Under the pieces are notes generated by a model. It was not told the origin of the DNA. It worked only from the letters and a program-made list of their open reading frames with translations, and made no database searches. Source: the human T2T-CHM13v2.0 reference genome, Homo sapiens. From it: 64,000 bases of DNA. Location: NCBI RefSeq assembly GCF_009914755.1, contig NC_060936.1. One strand, given 5' to 3'. This document shows, one piece after another, positions 34,135-51,064 of the stretch; positions within the stretch are counted from its first letter, which is position 1; each line of letters begins with the position of its first letter. A program made the position numbers and the translations under genes.

Positions 34135-34565
34135 GGTTGTTGCTTTTTAAAAAGGAAAACCGGTAAATCAAGCTGTAGAAAATGTGGAATAAAAAACTTG
34201 AAGAGTAAGTCCATTGGAACTGTGCTAGAATCCTTAGTTTCTAAGGATGCCGCAGGTGGCATGCATTTGTGCTTTATTTTTCCTCTAAGCTATGAAAATT
34301 TAGTTGTGTATGCTCTACAGTCCTTAATTCTGCACTGTCCATTACCATACTTCTTGCCTAGGAAATACTGTCTAGATTTTACCAATCTCCATTCCCATCT
34401 TCTGGCTTCTAGTAAAGAATAAAAAGGGCTGTGGTCTTTGTTACTTTCCTAAAAGTTTTCTTATGTTTTGGGTGCTGAGATAAATGTGGAGGGTTTAAAT
34501 AAGTTCTTAGATAATATAATTTATATAATTATATAAGCAATCATGATGATTCTGTGTTGAAATAG

Positions 34566-34891
<326 letters not shown>

Positions 34892-37493
34892 TGTACCTTC
34901 TCTTAAGTCAGCTTGCAATTTAAATTTTTAGTTAGTAAATTTAACTAATTTTAAAATATGTTAGTGTCTGTCTGCTTAACTATTGCATACTTATTAAAGA
35001 AACATGCGTGGTTATCCATTGGAAGAGATCGATCCTAGGGCTTCCTGATACAAACACACCCACAGACCCCAGCCACTCTAGATTTCTGGTTTTCATCCCA
35101 GGTCTATTGTGTATACCCTGGCTATTAGTAACCAGTAAACCACTCTCCCCCTTCTGTAGATTTAGTACTAACTTAGAAAAAGGATACAAAGAAGAGTTTG
35201 TATTTAACAGCTCAGGATTGCCTTTTCAGGTGGAAGAAATAGGCTCTGGAGTTGGATCTGCTTCCTTTCAAATTCCGGCAATGTCATTGCCTAGCTGTGA
35301 GACCTTGAGCAAATTATTTACTTCTCTGAGCCTAAAGTATTTGTGAAGATTAAATGAGAAAGGCAAAGTGCCTGGCATACAGTTATCAATCAGTACCTAA
35401 TAGGTATCACCATTATCATCAACATCATTATTATTAATACATATTTAGTAGTGAAATAAGGTGTCTCTTTTTATGTTAACCAGTGACATTCAGCAAATTG
35501 CATTAATTTAAATGTGCTTCCTAAGTGTCACATAAAATCAAGCTTTAAATGGGAGAACAAGCTAACATTTATTTGTAATCTTGTCGATCACCTTGCAAAG
35601 TGCTTTACATATACTGTTTTAATCTTTTATATCATGATAAGTAGATAATGTCTTCATTTCACAGGTAAGAAAATAGACTCAGAGTTTAAGCATTTTGCCT
35701 AAGGACATGCAGGAGAAATAATAGTAGTCAGAAACCAAGGTTCTGTTAACATGATACTAATACAAACATTAACATTATTTTCCTTTACCTCTTTTTTGTT
35801 TTGTTTTTAACCTGTTTTCTAGACCGCAAGGAAAACTGAGGGTAAAAAGTTTAGGAGATGTGAGTAACAAAAGTCTGGTACTGCAGTTTTGAGCTCTGAG
35901 TAAAGGTTCATTCCCCCTATTTAACAGAGAAAAACTTATTAATTGTATGCTATACTTGTAGTCTTGACCCAGTTGTCATGAAAGTCTATGCCACTGATAA
36001 TGAGAAGATCCAAGTAAAAGTAGGAATATATTTAGCACAACTTTGGTGTGCTTTTAAAATAATAAAAACCGTAGCAGGCAATGATATCAACTTTTTATAT
36101 GAAGGATAGTGCGTTTGAACTGGAGCAGTACACAAGCTTTCATGTATTCAGAGAGTAACGAGCCTTGGGGAATCGTGAGTAAGTTAATTTCTTTGATAGA
36201 GCTAGCTTGATTTGGTAGGGAGTTCAAAGAGGCTTGTTTTCCAATGGGATCATAGGGTATGTTCAAATTCCTGTAAACTAATGGTTCATAACTGTAAGAA
36301 TCTGGCTGAATCCAGCCCTATAACAACCAAGTTAGAAATAATGGGGATTTTTAATTACTTTGTTTGTGTAATTTGACTTTGTCACTGATTCCATTAGCTT
36401 TTGGATTGCAAGGTTTGAACATTTTGTCTGGGAAAAAACAGAACTAAAGCCATTAGGGTAAAATTCCTTTTAGTTTTTATATAACAGATTGCAATTCACC
36501 CTACCTTTTTACTGAAACAAGTGAGACTGATTCCTGATTAGATGGTGTTTAAAAAGTTGAAGGAAACTTTGTATTTATTTCTTTAGCAGCTAGAATTTGT
36601 TGTGCTATCAGTGAAAATCTATTGGAATTAGCTGAACTGGTTCCTTAATAAATTTTGTTTCTATGTCTATCCAGCAAATTTAGGTTATAATTGTAAAAGA
36701 AAAGTTCCAGTACTAGGGGGCTATATCTTAGGAACATTTTGCATGATTTTCAGAAGCATTTCATTATTCTGCTGTGATTTAATTAAGATTAAAGGTGGTA
36801 GCATTCCCAGTGTTTTAGGTACTAAATAATAATTATTAAATCATTATTTCAGAATTCCTCAAAAAAGCTGACCTTACTTACCTACCCTGAATATTGATCT
36901 GTAATTCACAAGGCGGTAGACTACAGAATAAAAACAAAGGATATAGAAAGATTGTTTTCCATATTTAAATACAGCAGTACTGAGTTTTCTGATATACTGT
37001 AAATAACCTAAATGCTAAAGGATTCATATAGATACTTTGTAATTGCTACTTTCTCTAATGGATTGTATGTATATATGATTTGAGGTATACCCTGAAAGAA
37101 GCATAAGACTCAGTTGACTGAAAAAAGGGGGCAGAATAGGAAAAGTATTCTTGTTGGTAGAAGTGTTCACTAAAGTATTCAGTGAACAAGTAACCAGTTT
37201 GACTGAACTTACTTTGGGGAGATTGGGTAAAGATGTGGGTGGAAGTTAAATTATGATTTTCACACCACTTTTAAAAGCACAATAACATGGACCAGAAATA
37301 ACATTAAACTAGATGCTGGAAAATCTGGATTCTAGTTTTTGTTTTACCATTGATTCGGCCCGTACTTAACTGGAGTATAAATTATATTTATCTTCTAGGT
37401 GGTGAAGGTGGTGCAGTGTATCTAGCAGATTGCCTGATAGCTGTTAGACTAGATGAGACACTCCATAGTCAACTAGTTGAATTAATGGATTAA

Positions 37494-37498
<5 letters not shown>

Positions 37499-37524
<26 letters not shown>

Positions 37525-37804
37525 TGAGATATAGTCTCACTCTGTCGTTAGGCTGGAGTGCAGTGGCATGATCTTGGCTCACTGCAACCTCCGCCTCCCA
37601 GGTTTAAGTGATAACTCCTGACTCAGCCTCCCGAGTAGCTGGGACTACAGGCATGTGCCAACATGCCCAGCTAATGTTTGTGTTTTTAGTAGAGACGGGG
37701 TTTCACCATGTTGGCTAGGATGGTCTTTCTTGACCTCCTCGTGATCTGCCCGCTTCGGCCCTCCAAAGTGTTGGGATTACAGGCGTGAGCCACCGCGCCT
37801 GGCT
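37499..37804 (-). mobile_element. Alu (AluSc-like)
   Basis: Antisense Alu; TSD TAATGGATTAATTCT. Confidence 0.9.
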
Positions 37805-39275
37805 GGCTAATGGATTAATTCTAACTTTGACATAGAATTAACATTTCTGTTATTTGAACAAGGAAGGACTCTTAATCTGGTTTATTCTAGATCTGTGATC
37901 CTGTGGTCATTTAGTAGGTGTGGAGAACTATTAACCGTTTTTGAGCAGTGTGATTATGAGTTAAATGATACCAGATGATTGGAAATGGTTAAATGTCAGA
38001 TGCTTAAATGGAGTCAGATGGTAGGAGCTAGCCACAATGTAAAACACAAATTGGAGATGAAGAGAATGGAAATATGAGGCCCATCTTAAACTGGTCTAGG
38101 CTTAAAGAGATGAGGTATTAGAAATCAGAACTTTGATGGTTACTTTTGTAATACAAAAACAATGACTTGTGAGGCAGCAAAGAAGCCAGTAAAAACTTTT
38201 TTTTTTTTTTTTTTTTTTTTGCTTGGTCAGAGATCTTTGGCTGTTGGAGAAGAGTAAGAATACTAGTCACAAAACCATTTCCCAGTTGTTTTTAACTTTA
38301 TCTTTGTGTTAAGAGCCCATAGAGAATAATAGTAGTACTTAAATATTGTGGGGGAAGAAGCATCCAATGATGACTAAGGTTTCTTCTCTGGACTATGGAA
38401 ATAATGACACGATTGAAAGAAATAGGGGAAATCCAGAGAAAGGCACTGACTTTGAGAGAAAGAGGAATAAGTTTAGATATGTAAACTGTTATCTGTGAAT
38501 GGTACTTTTGTTGTAATATATTGAAAACTCTTATTTTGATTTATAGAAAAGGTTGCTCTTTATAGAATCTAGATATTTGTGCCTACATCGTACCTTTGTC
38601 TCCTCAAGCCCCCCAAAGCCCCCTCAGTTTGGTTTATTTGTTGCCTAATAGAGTTTTAAAACTACCCACATCTTTATATCTGATGGACCTTTGAGGCAGG
38701 ACACGTGGCACTTGTTTTCTAGCTCTTTCATTTAGCCAAGCATGGTCCTACACAGGCTTGCTCATACAGTTAAGTTAGAGGTAGGCTGCACTTTTGCAGC
38801 ACACATTGCTGCATTTCTGAGCAATACCTGACATCCTAGACTACTTAGTAGTAACAAATTGTGTTGAGCCAGAGATTAGTGGTAGTTGCTTTGAGATAGC
38901 TTGTTAGAATTAGTAGCATTTCTAACCTTTAGATGTATTACTTCCAAACAGCTTCCAAGCCATTATCTTATGTACTGTTGGTAATTGAAGCCTTAGCATT
39001 CACTGTCTTGATCAGGATTCAAGCTTACAAAATTACAAGGGAGAGAGGACTTTAATCTGTTACCCATTACAACAAAGCAATGAGCAATGCTGTTTCTACA
39101 ATCTTTGTTAATGCCCTGAAGAAAAACTTTCCCTTAATCACTAAAATTAAAGTAGTTTTTATTTGGGTCTATGAGATCTTCCTGGCAAATGGAATGTCTT
39201 AATTTTGAGACTTTTATAGGAGGGAGAAGAAGAGGCAAAAAATTTGTACCACTTGTGTACATAAATACTGTTGAT

Positions 39276-41396
<2,121 letters not shown>

Positions 41397-41486
41397 ATGG
41401 ATATTAAAAAGAAAGATTTTTGCTCAGTATTTGTCATCATAAATTCTCATTGCTGCTGCTGCCCTCAAAAGGATTGTATAAATGAG
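41397..41486 (+). CDS. WNK1: WNK1 exon 4a coding part (first exon of kidney-specific, kinase-defective KS-WNK1)
   Basis: ATG at 41397; MDIKKKDFCSVFVIINSHCCCCPQKDCINE (30 aa, cysteine-rich) then GAG|gtaggt, phase 0 matching exon 5. Too short for the ORF track. The transcription start cannot be fixed from sequence. Confidence 0.95.
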
Positions 41487-43462
41487 GTAGGTAAGAATTT
41501 CCAGTATATGTAACAGTTTATATTGTAGCCTTTTTGGTGATATTGGTAGAAAGTTTCCAATATTGAAATTGTTAACTTTCAGTTAAAGTATTGAAATTGT
41601 TAACTTGAGAATGCTTTAAAAATATTTAGAGTTCTGTAATTTAGTGAATTTATGGTGTATTCTGTGTGAGGAGGGGGTAGGCTTTTGTAAATTCTGAATG
41701 GTTAGGGAAAAGTTTACCTTTATTAAGAGTTAATGTTAATGTTACCCTACGACATTTGAAGCATCAGCTTTTAAGAAGCAAGTGCTGGCAATTCTTAGGA
41801 TCTGAAAGATTGCGTCAGAGAATTCTGTGTTGTGACTCACTTTTATTTTTCTAGCAGATTAGTTGGCAAAACATAGTATATAGAATTCAAATGAGAAGTC
41901 AGCCTATAAAATGTGCATATGTTTTTGTGGGGTTTTTTTAGTTCAAATAATACAACATAAAATTTGATAAACATTTGTCTTATATCGGACTCTCAATGTG
42001 CTATTATAGAGTTACAGTTGTTCATTTTTTTGTACCCCATTTAAAATTGTGCAGAAGTGGCCTTTGTGTTTTGTAATGAGTGTACAATAGATATTCAAGA
42101 AATACTTATATTTAATGAAGAAAAATAAGCTACTGTCCCATGTCAAAAAACATATGACACTACTGCCTAAAGATAACTCTTGTGAATTAGAAAAGTAAGA
42201 GAAAAATATCTGTAGAGCCAGTGAGTTGTTGGCTCTGGAGGAGTGGAATGAGAGGGCTGTATGTCCTTAACAAACTCTAGTTTTGTTCTGTGTAAGATAG
42301 TAACCCAATTTATCTAGCTTAGTTCTTTTTTCTTCTTTTATCATGAAAACATCTTGTTATCATTACTTTGTTCTGTCTGGTGCTTAAAATCGTGTTTAAG
42401 AATAATCTAGTTCACCTTTCAAAAATTATCAGTTATAAAAATTACATTGAGTTCTCATGTCTTAAGAACGAGAAACCTATGAGTACATTTTAAAAACTGT
42501 AACTTTGTATTTATTTTAAACAGCTTTCTATTACATGTCCCAGATGACTTTTCTGTGGGTCACTTTTAGGATCAGTGAGGTTTCATAATCATTCCATGTA
42601 CACATTTACTTTTAATATACAATACCTGTATATGCTTGCTTCTTAAATGATTCAGAATACCTCAGCTAGGTATTTTAATAATCCTGGCTTATTGATGGTT
42701 GCTGACTGGTAAAATTCCTTGTTATATTTTTCAGTATTTAAGTGGGTAGCATTAAGCAGTCTTAATCTTTTAATACCAGCTACTGGACTGGTAAGGTGTG
42801 TCTCAGTTTTATTGGCTAACTTGGCACCTATGGTACATTTTTTAAGGCAGTAGTAGTATCTAAATATGTGGTATAGCATTGGTATGGAATTTTCTATACA
42901 AAACTCTTGGCTGTAGGTTGAAAAAGCAGCATAACCTACCAAATTTAAGGTTGTATTATGCACAGTTATTGGTTTTGCTATATCTTAATATCTTTTGCGC
43001 AGTGAGTATTCCTATTTGTAAAGTCATGAATTCATATATGTTTGCAGGGATAGGATTAACAAGAGGATTATTATTAAGGATAATCAAGGATGAAAGCAGG
43101 TTCAAGAAAAGATTTTCCTTCCTTTATTATCTTTGGTGATTGCCTTTATACTCAGAGGTAGCCTTGGGTCAGCAAACTTAATACTTCAAGGAGCTTTGAA
43201 CCCAGATACGACATTTGAATTCAGTTGGACAGGTGTTATCATTATTGGCTAGACAGGAAACCTGAAGCTCAGAACTACTTCTACTTGTCCAGTTCACACT
43301 GAATGTCTTTTATTGTTAAATGTTTTTGTCCTTTCAATGTGCCTATGCTAGATTAAAACAGAAGAATCAGTATACATTTGCTTTGTTAAATTAATACATA
43401 GTTTTATTGCCAGTAGGCTACATACATTCCCTTGAAATGTATGTGCTTATGGAAGAAGGAAC

Positions 43463-43754
43463 TTTTTTTTTTGAGACAGGGTCTCACTGTGTCACCCAGG
43501 CGAGAGTGCAGTGGCACAATCATGGCTCACTGCAGCCTTTACCTCCCGGGCTGAAATGATCCTCTGGCCCAGCCTCCTGAGTAGGTGGACCTACAGGCGT
43601 ATGTGCCGCCACACCCCACTAGTTTTTTGTCTCTTTGGAGAGACAGGGTCTTGCTTTGTGCCCATGCTGGTCTCAAACAGCTGGGCTCAAACGATCCTCC
43701 TGCCTCAGCCTCCCAAAGTGCTGGGACTACAGGTTTGAGCCACCACACCTGGCC
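43463..43754 (-). mobile_element. Alu (AluJ-like)
   Basis: Antisense Alu consensus. Confidence 0.9.
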
Positions 43755-43788
43755 CTAGACTTTTAAAATGCTATCAAAATAATCAGAA

Positions 43789-44407
<619 letters not shown>

Positions 44408-44438
44408 TAGAAAACTAAAACCAAATGTAAACCAGAAT

Positions 44439-44746
44439 ACAGTTGTTCCTCCCTGTCTGGGGAGTTGGTTCCAGGACCCCACACTCCTGTGGATACCAAA
44501 ATTTGAAGATGCTCAAGTTCCAGAAATATAAAATGACCCATAGTATTTACATGTAAAAATTATTTACAATAGCTAATACACCGTGAGTGCTATGTAAGCA
44601 GTTGTTATACTGTATTGTTTAGATAATAATGACAGGGAAAAGCCTGTATGTGTTCAGTACTGTGATACAGTTTTCTCTTTTGAATTTTCAATATACAGTT
44701 CGTTGAATCCACAGACGTGGAAACCATGAATAAGGAGGGCCAACTG
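44439..44746. mobile_element. MER2-like Tigger fossil
   Basis: CAGTTGTTCCTC...TTGGTTCCAGGACCCC...GTTGAATCCACAG...GGAGGGCCAACTG. Confidence 0.8.
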
Positions 44747-45484
44747 TGCTCAGTTTTTTACTATCAGAGAATTTTTAGTGTGTGGCATTCATTTTTTTCT
44801 TGCATTTCCTATTTTCATAAGTCTTAAGTTTGAAATACCAGCTTGCTCAATTAAAGCAGGCTTTTGCTTCAGCAGCATTATTTTGTCTTCACTAGAATTA
44901 TATGAAGATAAAAACAAGCTGGGAAAAACTTAGGTGGAGTTGGAAAAATAAGATTGAGGAAAATACAGATAGTGATCTTTGTAGTCATTCTCATAAATGA
45001 AGCTTTTAAATACATGAATTTAACTTTAGGGTCAGCCCTGCTACACAATTCCTTGCTGTGAAAAGTTAGCCCTGGGAGTAGAATTCTCCAAAATGGGTCT
45101 TCGGAATAATACAATGAGTAATTGAGCATTATCCAGCTTTGGATATAACTCTTGTACTTAAAAGACTTTAGAGCTTATCATTTTATGTATTTCATTTATT
45201 TCATTTAGATCCATGAGAGATTACATGCATTTCTGTGATTTATTAGTCACTAATTTTGTTTTACCATATCTGTCATTGACACTATAGATAATCAGAATTT
45301 ATGTATATTTAATAACTTAACTTTTCTGACCACCCCACCCCAACTCCATTCCCTTTGTTTTATGTGTCTGTTGACTTACAGTGCCACTTGAACAGCATAT
45401 CAGTGCTTCAACTCTTGATCCGTGTGGTGACTTAGATGAGGTCAGAATAGATGAGATCTTTTTCTCTTTCACCCCACCTCTTAG

Positions 45485-46180
<696 letters not shown>

Positions 46181-46868
46181 GAAAGAATTTATTTATACTT
46201 TATAAAGATTTTAAACTATTACTGTGATGACTACTATGTAGTATCACATGTGATAGTGGTAATGAGTTTTCTTCTGAGATTAATTGCAGAGCTTGTCTTT
46301 CGTATGGGTCCAATATATTACTTTTCATTGTGTTTTATTTGTGCAAGACAATTTGCTCTTCAGTTATCATACCAAAACAATATAAATCCTCAACTCCTTT
46401 GAGTTTGTTAAAGATTACTATAATAATATAATCCCTGCCAAACTAAGCATGTGAATTCATGCCCACACATGGGTTCAGTGTTCAAAATAGTTAAATGCTG
46501 TATTGATTTATGTGTTTAGGGAACAAGGTTGAACAAAAGATCTTCTAACCAATTAGAACATTTAGCTTTCTTTTTTAGGCAATAAATTCCTTTACTTGAA
46601 ACACAGCAGAAGATATTAACATCTGCCTAAATTTTTTCGTTGTCACATATGGAAGTAAGTGACCCCGCTGTCACTGTTCCATGTTTTCTTGTGAAGAGCT
46701 AAGTTGTCACTACCCAACTGTGACACTGCATGGACCAACTCCTGCAGGCAAGTCAGAAAAAAAGCCGGGATAGTAAGAAAGGAACCTAAAAGAACCTTAA
46801 TTGGAAATTTAAAAAACAAAGTTCAAAGGCCCTGCTTTTATTAATGTATTTCTGTTTATGGTTTTCAG

Positions 46869-46957
46869 GGGGTGAAGCCAGCCAGTTTTGACAAAGTAGC
46901 AATTCCTGAAGTGAAGGAAATTATTGAAGGATGCATACGACAAAACAAAGATGAAAG
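46869..46957 (+). CDS. WNK1: WNK1 exon 5 (kinase C-lobe)
   Basis: tttcag|GGGGTG...GAAAG|gtaagt; 89 nt; [30 protein letters not shown]. Confidence 0.98.
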
Positions 46958-47902
46958 GTAAGTTGCCTCTTTTGATCTGGGTGATACTTGAACAAAACCT
47001 AAAAAGTAATGTGCTTTGAGTACAACACACATTCTACGGTGTATTTAATATTTGTGATTGGTTTCTCTATTTGTGCCTGTAACATTTTTAAAGGTAGGGT
47101 TTTGTTCATTGTGGTTATTCAGATTTGATATACTGGAACACTGTAAAAATATGGTTTGGTAGAGTTTCAGTAAACCAGAACCACCATAAACATAGCTACA
47201 TTCCATGAGAACTGCTTACTTAAAACATCAGCATGATTTATAAAACTCAAAAAAGAGTTTAATATCTAACACAGGAAATCTTTTCTTAGTCCTTTACCAT
47301 TGAATTCTAAGTGGTGAAATAAAACTTTGGCTCTTTAAAGTCAGCTCAGCTATTACAGGTCTGATTTGCCGTCCTTACGCCAGAATTGAAGAAGAGCAAA
47401 ACATCAAAATTCCTTGAGTAAAAAGAGAAGACTTGGCCCAGGGGTTGGAAGGAGATGTGGCTTAGTCATTTGTACTAACAGAGGGCTTCTCTTAGAGGAG
47501 TGGCAAGTATCTGATCTGCCATGTAGCTGATTCATCACCCGTCAGGCATGGCGAAGGTCCAGTGTCTGTTTCTGAAAAACAGTCTATCTTTGCCACCCCC
47601 TTCCATCCTCCAAAAAAGAAAAAGGAGACCAGCTAGTACAAATACAAATTGCAAATTGAGCATAATCTACCACTTGAAGAATGAGAGCTATCAGATGTAT
47701 CAACCGAATTAAAAAATTCCATCTTTTCACCTCTCCAGTCTCGTTCTTTTTATAACATCGTTATTTAGAAGAGCTTAACTTCATGGTTTTTAAGCCTTTA
47801 TTAAGTAAAAATTTAGTTTGAGTTTTCATTTTTATATATGCTGGGTACTTAAATCTCTTTAAGAACTTTTTACTATAAACAAAGGAATGTTTGTTTCAAC
47901 TC

Positions 47903-48197
<295 letters not shown>

Positions 48198-48587
48198 TGT
48201 TTCAACTCTTGTTGGAGCAGTTTATTAGATGATTGGCATATTGAAACCATTTTATCTTAAGATTGTTTCACAATCAGACTTCTGCTTGCCCAGTACACAA
48301 ATTATTGAACAAGGAATTAAGAGAACTTACTGGTGTAAATAAAGCTTGCTGTGGTAGAAAGTACCAAACTAGAAACAAAAATATTTATTTTCTAGTTTCT
48401 ATTTCAGCATTTACAGCTTTTATAACTGTGAGCAAGATTCTCAACCTTTCTGGGCCTCCATTTCCTAATAATCAGGAGATGATATCAAATTGGGTGTTGG
48501 TCAGACAAGATCATAAATATGAAGATTTGTGTTACTTATAAAATGCTATATAAATGATCATGTGGTATTTTGAAGCTTTAATAGAGC

Positions 48588-48721
48588 CAATTGTGTTAGC
48601 CCACCATTACTAGTATACTATTACTAATAAGATCATTGGATTTAAAAATTATGTTACAATTGTGTTAGCTCGCCATTACTAGTATACTATTACTAATGAG
48701 ATCATTGGATTTAAAAATTAT
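48588..48721. repeat. 69-bp tandem duplication (2 copies)
   Basis: CAATTGTGTTAGC..CCATTACTAGTATACTATTACTAAT.AGATCATTGGATTTAAAAATTAT at 48588 and 48657, three mismatches. Confidence 0.95.
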
Positions 48722-48952
48722 CACTGTCAGCTCTTATTCATGAATGAGATTGTTATGATGTTTTATAACTTCAGAGTAAACCTCTGTAGGCACCCTTCAA
48801 ATTCAGCAATGTAAAAATGAGTTATACTTTCCCCTGTATTTTTTCCCATTTTTTTCTTCTGCGAATAACAATAATTGGCCACATTTGAAAATTATTTTTT
48901 CAAACTAATGGTGTTTTATTTTTGTTCCTTTTCTTTTCCCTCTGTTTGGAAG

Positions 48953-49172
48953 ATATTCCATCAAAGACCTTTTGAACCATGCCTTCTTCCAAGAGGAAAC
49001 AGGAGTACGGGTAGAATTAGCAGAAGAAGATGATGGAGAAAAAATAGCCATAAAATTATGGCTACGTATTGAAGATATTAAGAAATTAAAGGGAAAATAC
49101 AAAGATAATGAAGCTATTGAGTTTTCTTTTGATTTAGAGAGAGATGTCCCAGAAGATGTTGCACAAGAAATG
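48953..49172 (+). CDS. WNK1: WNK1 exon 6 (end of kinase domain, autoinhibitory/CCT-like domain)
   Basis: tggaag|ATATTC...GAAATG|gtaaat; 220 nt; [73 protein letters not shown]. Confidence 0.98.
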
Positions 49173-49328
49173 GTAAATTGACATTAGCCATTTTAAAATT
49201 GATTTAGACTTATATATATCAATACTATCATTAAGCAAAAAAGCAGTTGATGAAGTGCCGTGTGTGGCATATCCCATTGACATAAAATTGTGATGGCCCT
49301 AAAAGTTATCTTTGATTAGTGGGATTTT

Positions 49329-49352
49329 CGTGTGTGTGTGTGTGTGTGTGTG
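49329..49352. repeat. (TG)n microsatellite followed by a T run
   Basis: About 11 GT units. Confidence 0.9.
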
Positions 49353-49429
49353 GTTTTTTTTTTTTTTTAAACTTCTTTGTATTGCTTTTATAATGGGTGT
49401 TAGATTTTATAGTCCTTTTTAAAAGTAAA

Positions 49430-49777
<348 letters not shown>

Positions 49778-50733
49778 TAGGGATAGATAGATGAGATAGA
49801 TAGGTAGAACTAGTAGAATGCATTCCGAAGTCATTTTGAAAAGTCTGTAAGATTGAGTGACTCCCAGTTTGTATAAGCATCATTCATTAAGAATGACAAG
49901 TTATGTTTCTACATATTGGTACATTAGCCTTTGATCAGTTATCTGGATGAACTCTATAAACAGACATAGGACCATGAATTGTTTTTACTTTGAAGAGAGT
50001 TTTCCTGATCAAATACTAGTAGGAAGCCTTTGATGTATTATTATTTGAAGTATGTCTAAAAGATCACTCTTCCATAAGGAAACCCTTCCCCAAATTTATG
50101 CTTGCCATAGTGCCCAAAATAGCTGATTATTATGGAAAGATAACTCAGAATATCTCTACTCGGATTTATCAGAACCATTCAAAAGTGGTAGTTGCCTCTG
50201 AGAGGAGATCAGGTATGAGTTACTTATGTTTAATTGTTAGCTGTTTGTATTGTCTGAGCTTTTTTGCTTTTTTGGAGGGGAGGAGCAGTGTTAAATCTTC
50301 ATATTCGTACCACAGTTGTTTTAGCAGATTAAGTAGTTGCCTTGTAAAAGAAAGTGAAATCAACACAGGTTAATGTTAGTGGTTACGTGTGAGGGGGAAA
50401 TACAGTGAATAGAACAGAGTACCTTACTTGGTTTAGGAACTGAGGTTTTAGTTGCCCTATTGTTTCGTTGTTTGTTATAAGGAGTGAAGGTATACCTACC
50501 CTTCGAGTTTCTGCAAAAATGGTGGTACCCACCCCTCAAGTATCTACAAAGATGGTAGGGAAATGCATAATGCAGATTTTACAGTTCGGTTAAGGCCAGT
50601 CCTGAGAGAATTCTTTCTTCCTCCTCTTCTCTACTTTTTTTACAATGCCTTTTTTTTTTTGGCGGGGGGTGGTGGTGGGGGGTGTTGTTTTCTTTCAATA
50701 TACTACTGCTTAATTTACCCTTTTATTCTGTAG

Positions 50734-51064
50734 GTAGAGTCTGGGTATGTCTGTGAAGGTGATCACAAGACCATGGCTAAAGCTATCAAAGACAGAGTAT
50801 CATTAATTAAGAGGAAACGAGAGCAGCGGCAGTTGGTACGGGAGGAGCAAGAAAAAAAAAAGCAGGAAGAGAGCAGTCTCAAACAGCAGGTAGAACAATC
50901 CAGTGCTTCCCAGACAGGAATCAAGCAGCTCCCTTCTGCTAGCACCGGCATACCTACTGCTTCTACCACTTCAGCTTCAGTTTCTACACAAGTAGAACCT
51001 GAAGAACCTGAGGCAGATCAACATCAACAACTACAGTACCAGCAACCCAGTATATCTGTGTTAT
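50734..51064 (+). CDS. WNK1: WNK1 exon 7 (coiled coil and acidic KLHL3-binding degron)
   Basis: ctgtag|GTAGAG...GTGTTAT|gtacgt; 331 nt; VESGYVCEGDHKTMAKAIKDRVSLIKRKREQRQLVREEQEKKKQEE...EPEEPEADQHQQLQYQQPSISVL. Confidence 0.98.
50995..51030 (+). other. WNK1: Acidic motif EPEEPEADQHQQ (KLHL3/CUL3 degron of WNK kinases)
   Basis: Direct translation; this WNK motif is mutated in familial hyperkalemic hypertension (established knowledge). Confidence 0.95.

Noticed and set aside
47473-47481. Perfect TACTAAC branch point in intron 5
   Set aside because: Followed directly by AG with no pyrimidine tract and 1.5 kb from exon 6; a 7-mer is expected a few times by chance in 64 kb
48588-48721. CRISPR-like repeat array
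   Set aside because: Only two contiguous copies with no spacers, in a human intron
50763-50969. Antisense ORFs over exons 6 and 7
   Set aside because: Typical shadow ORFs of coding exons, with no independent support
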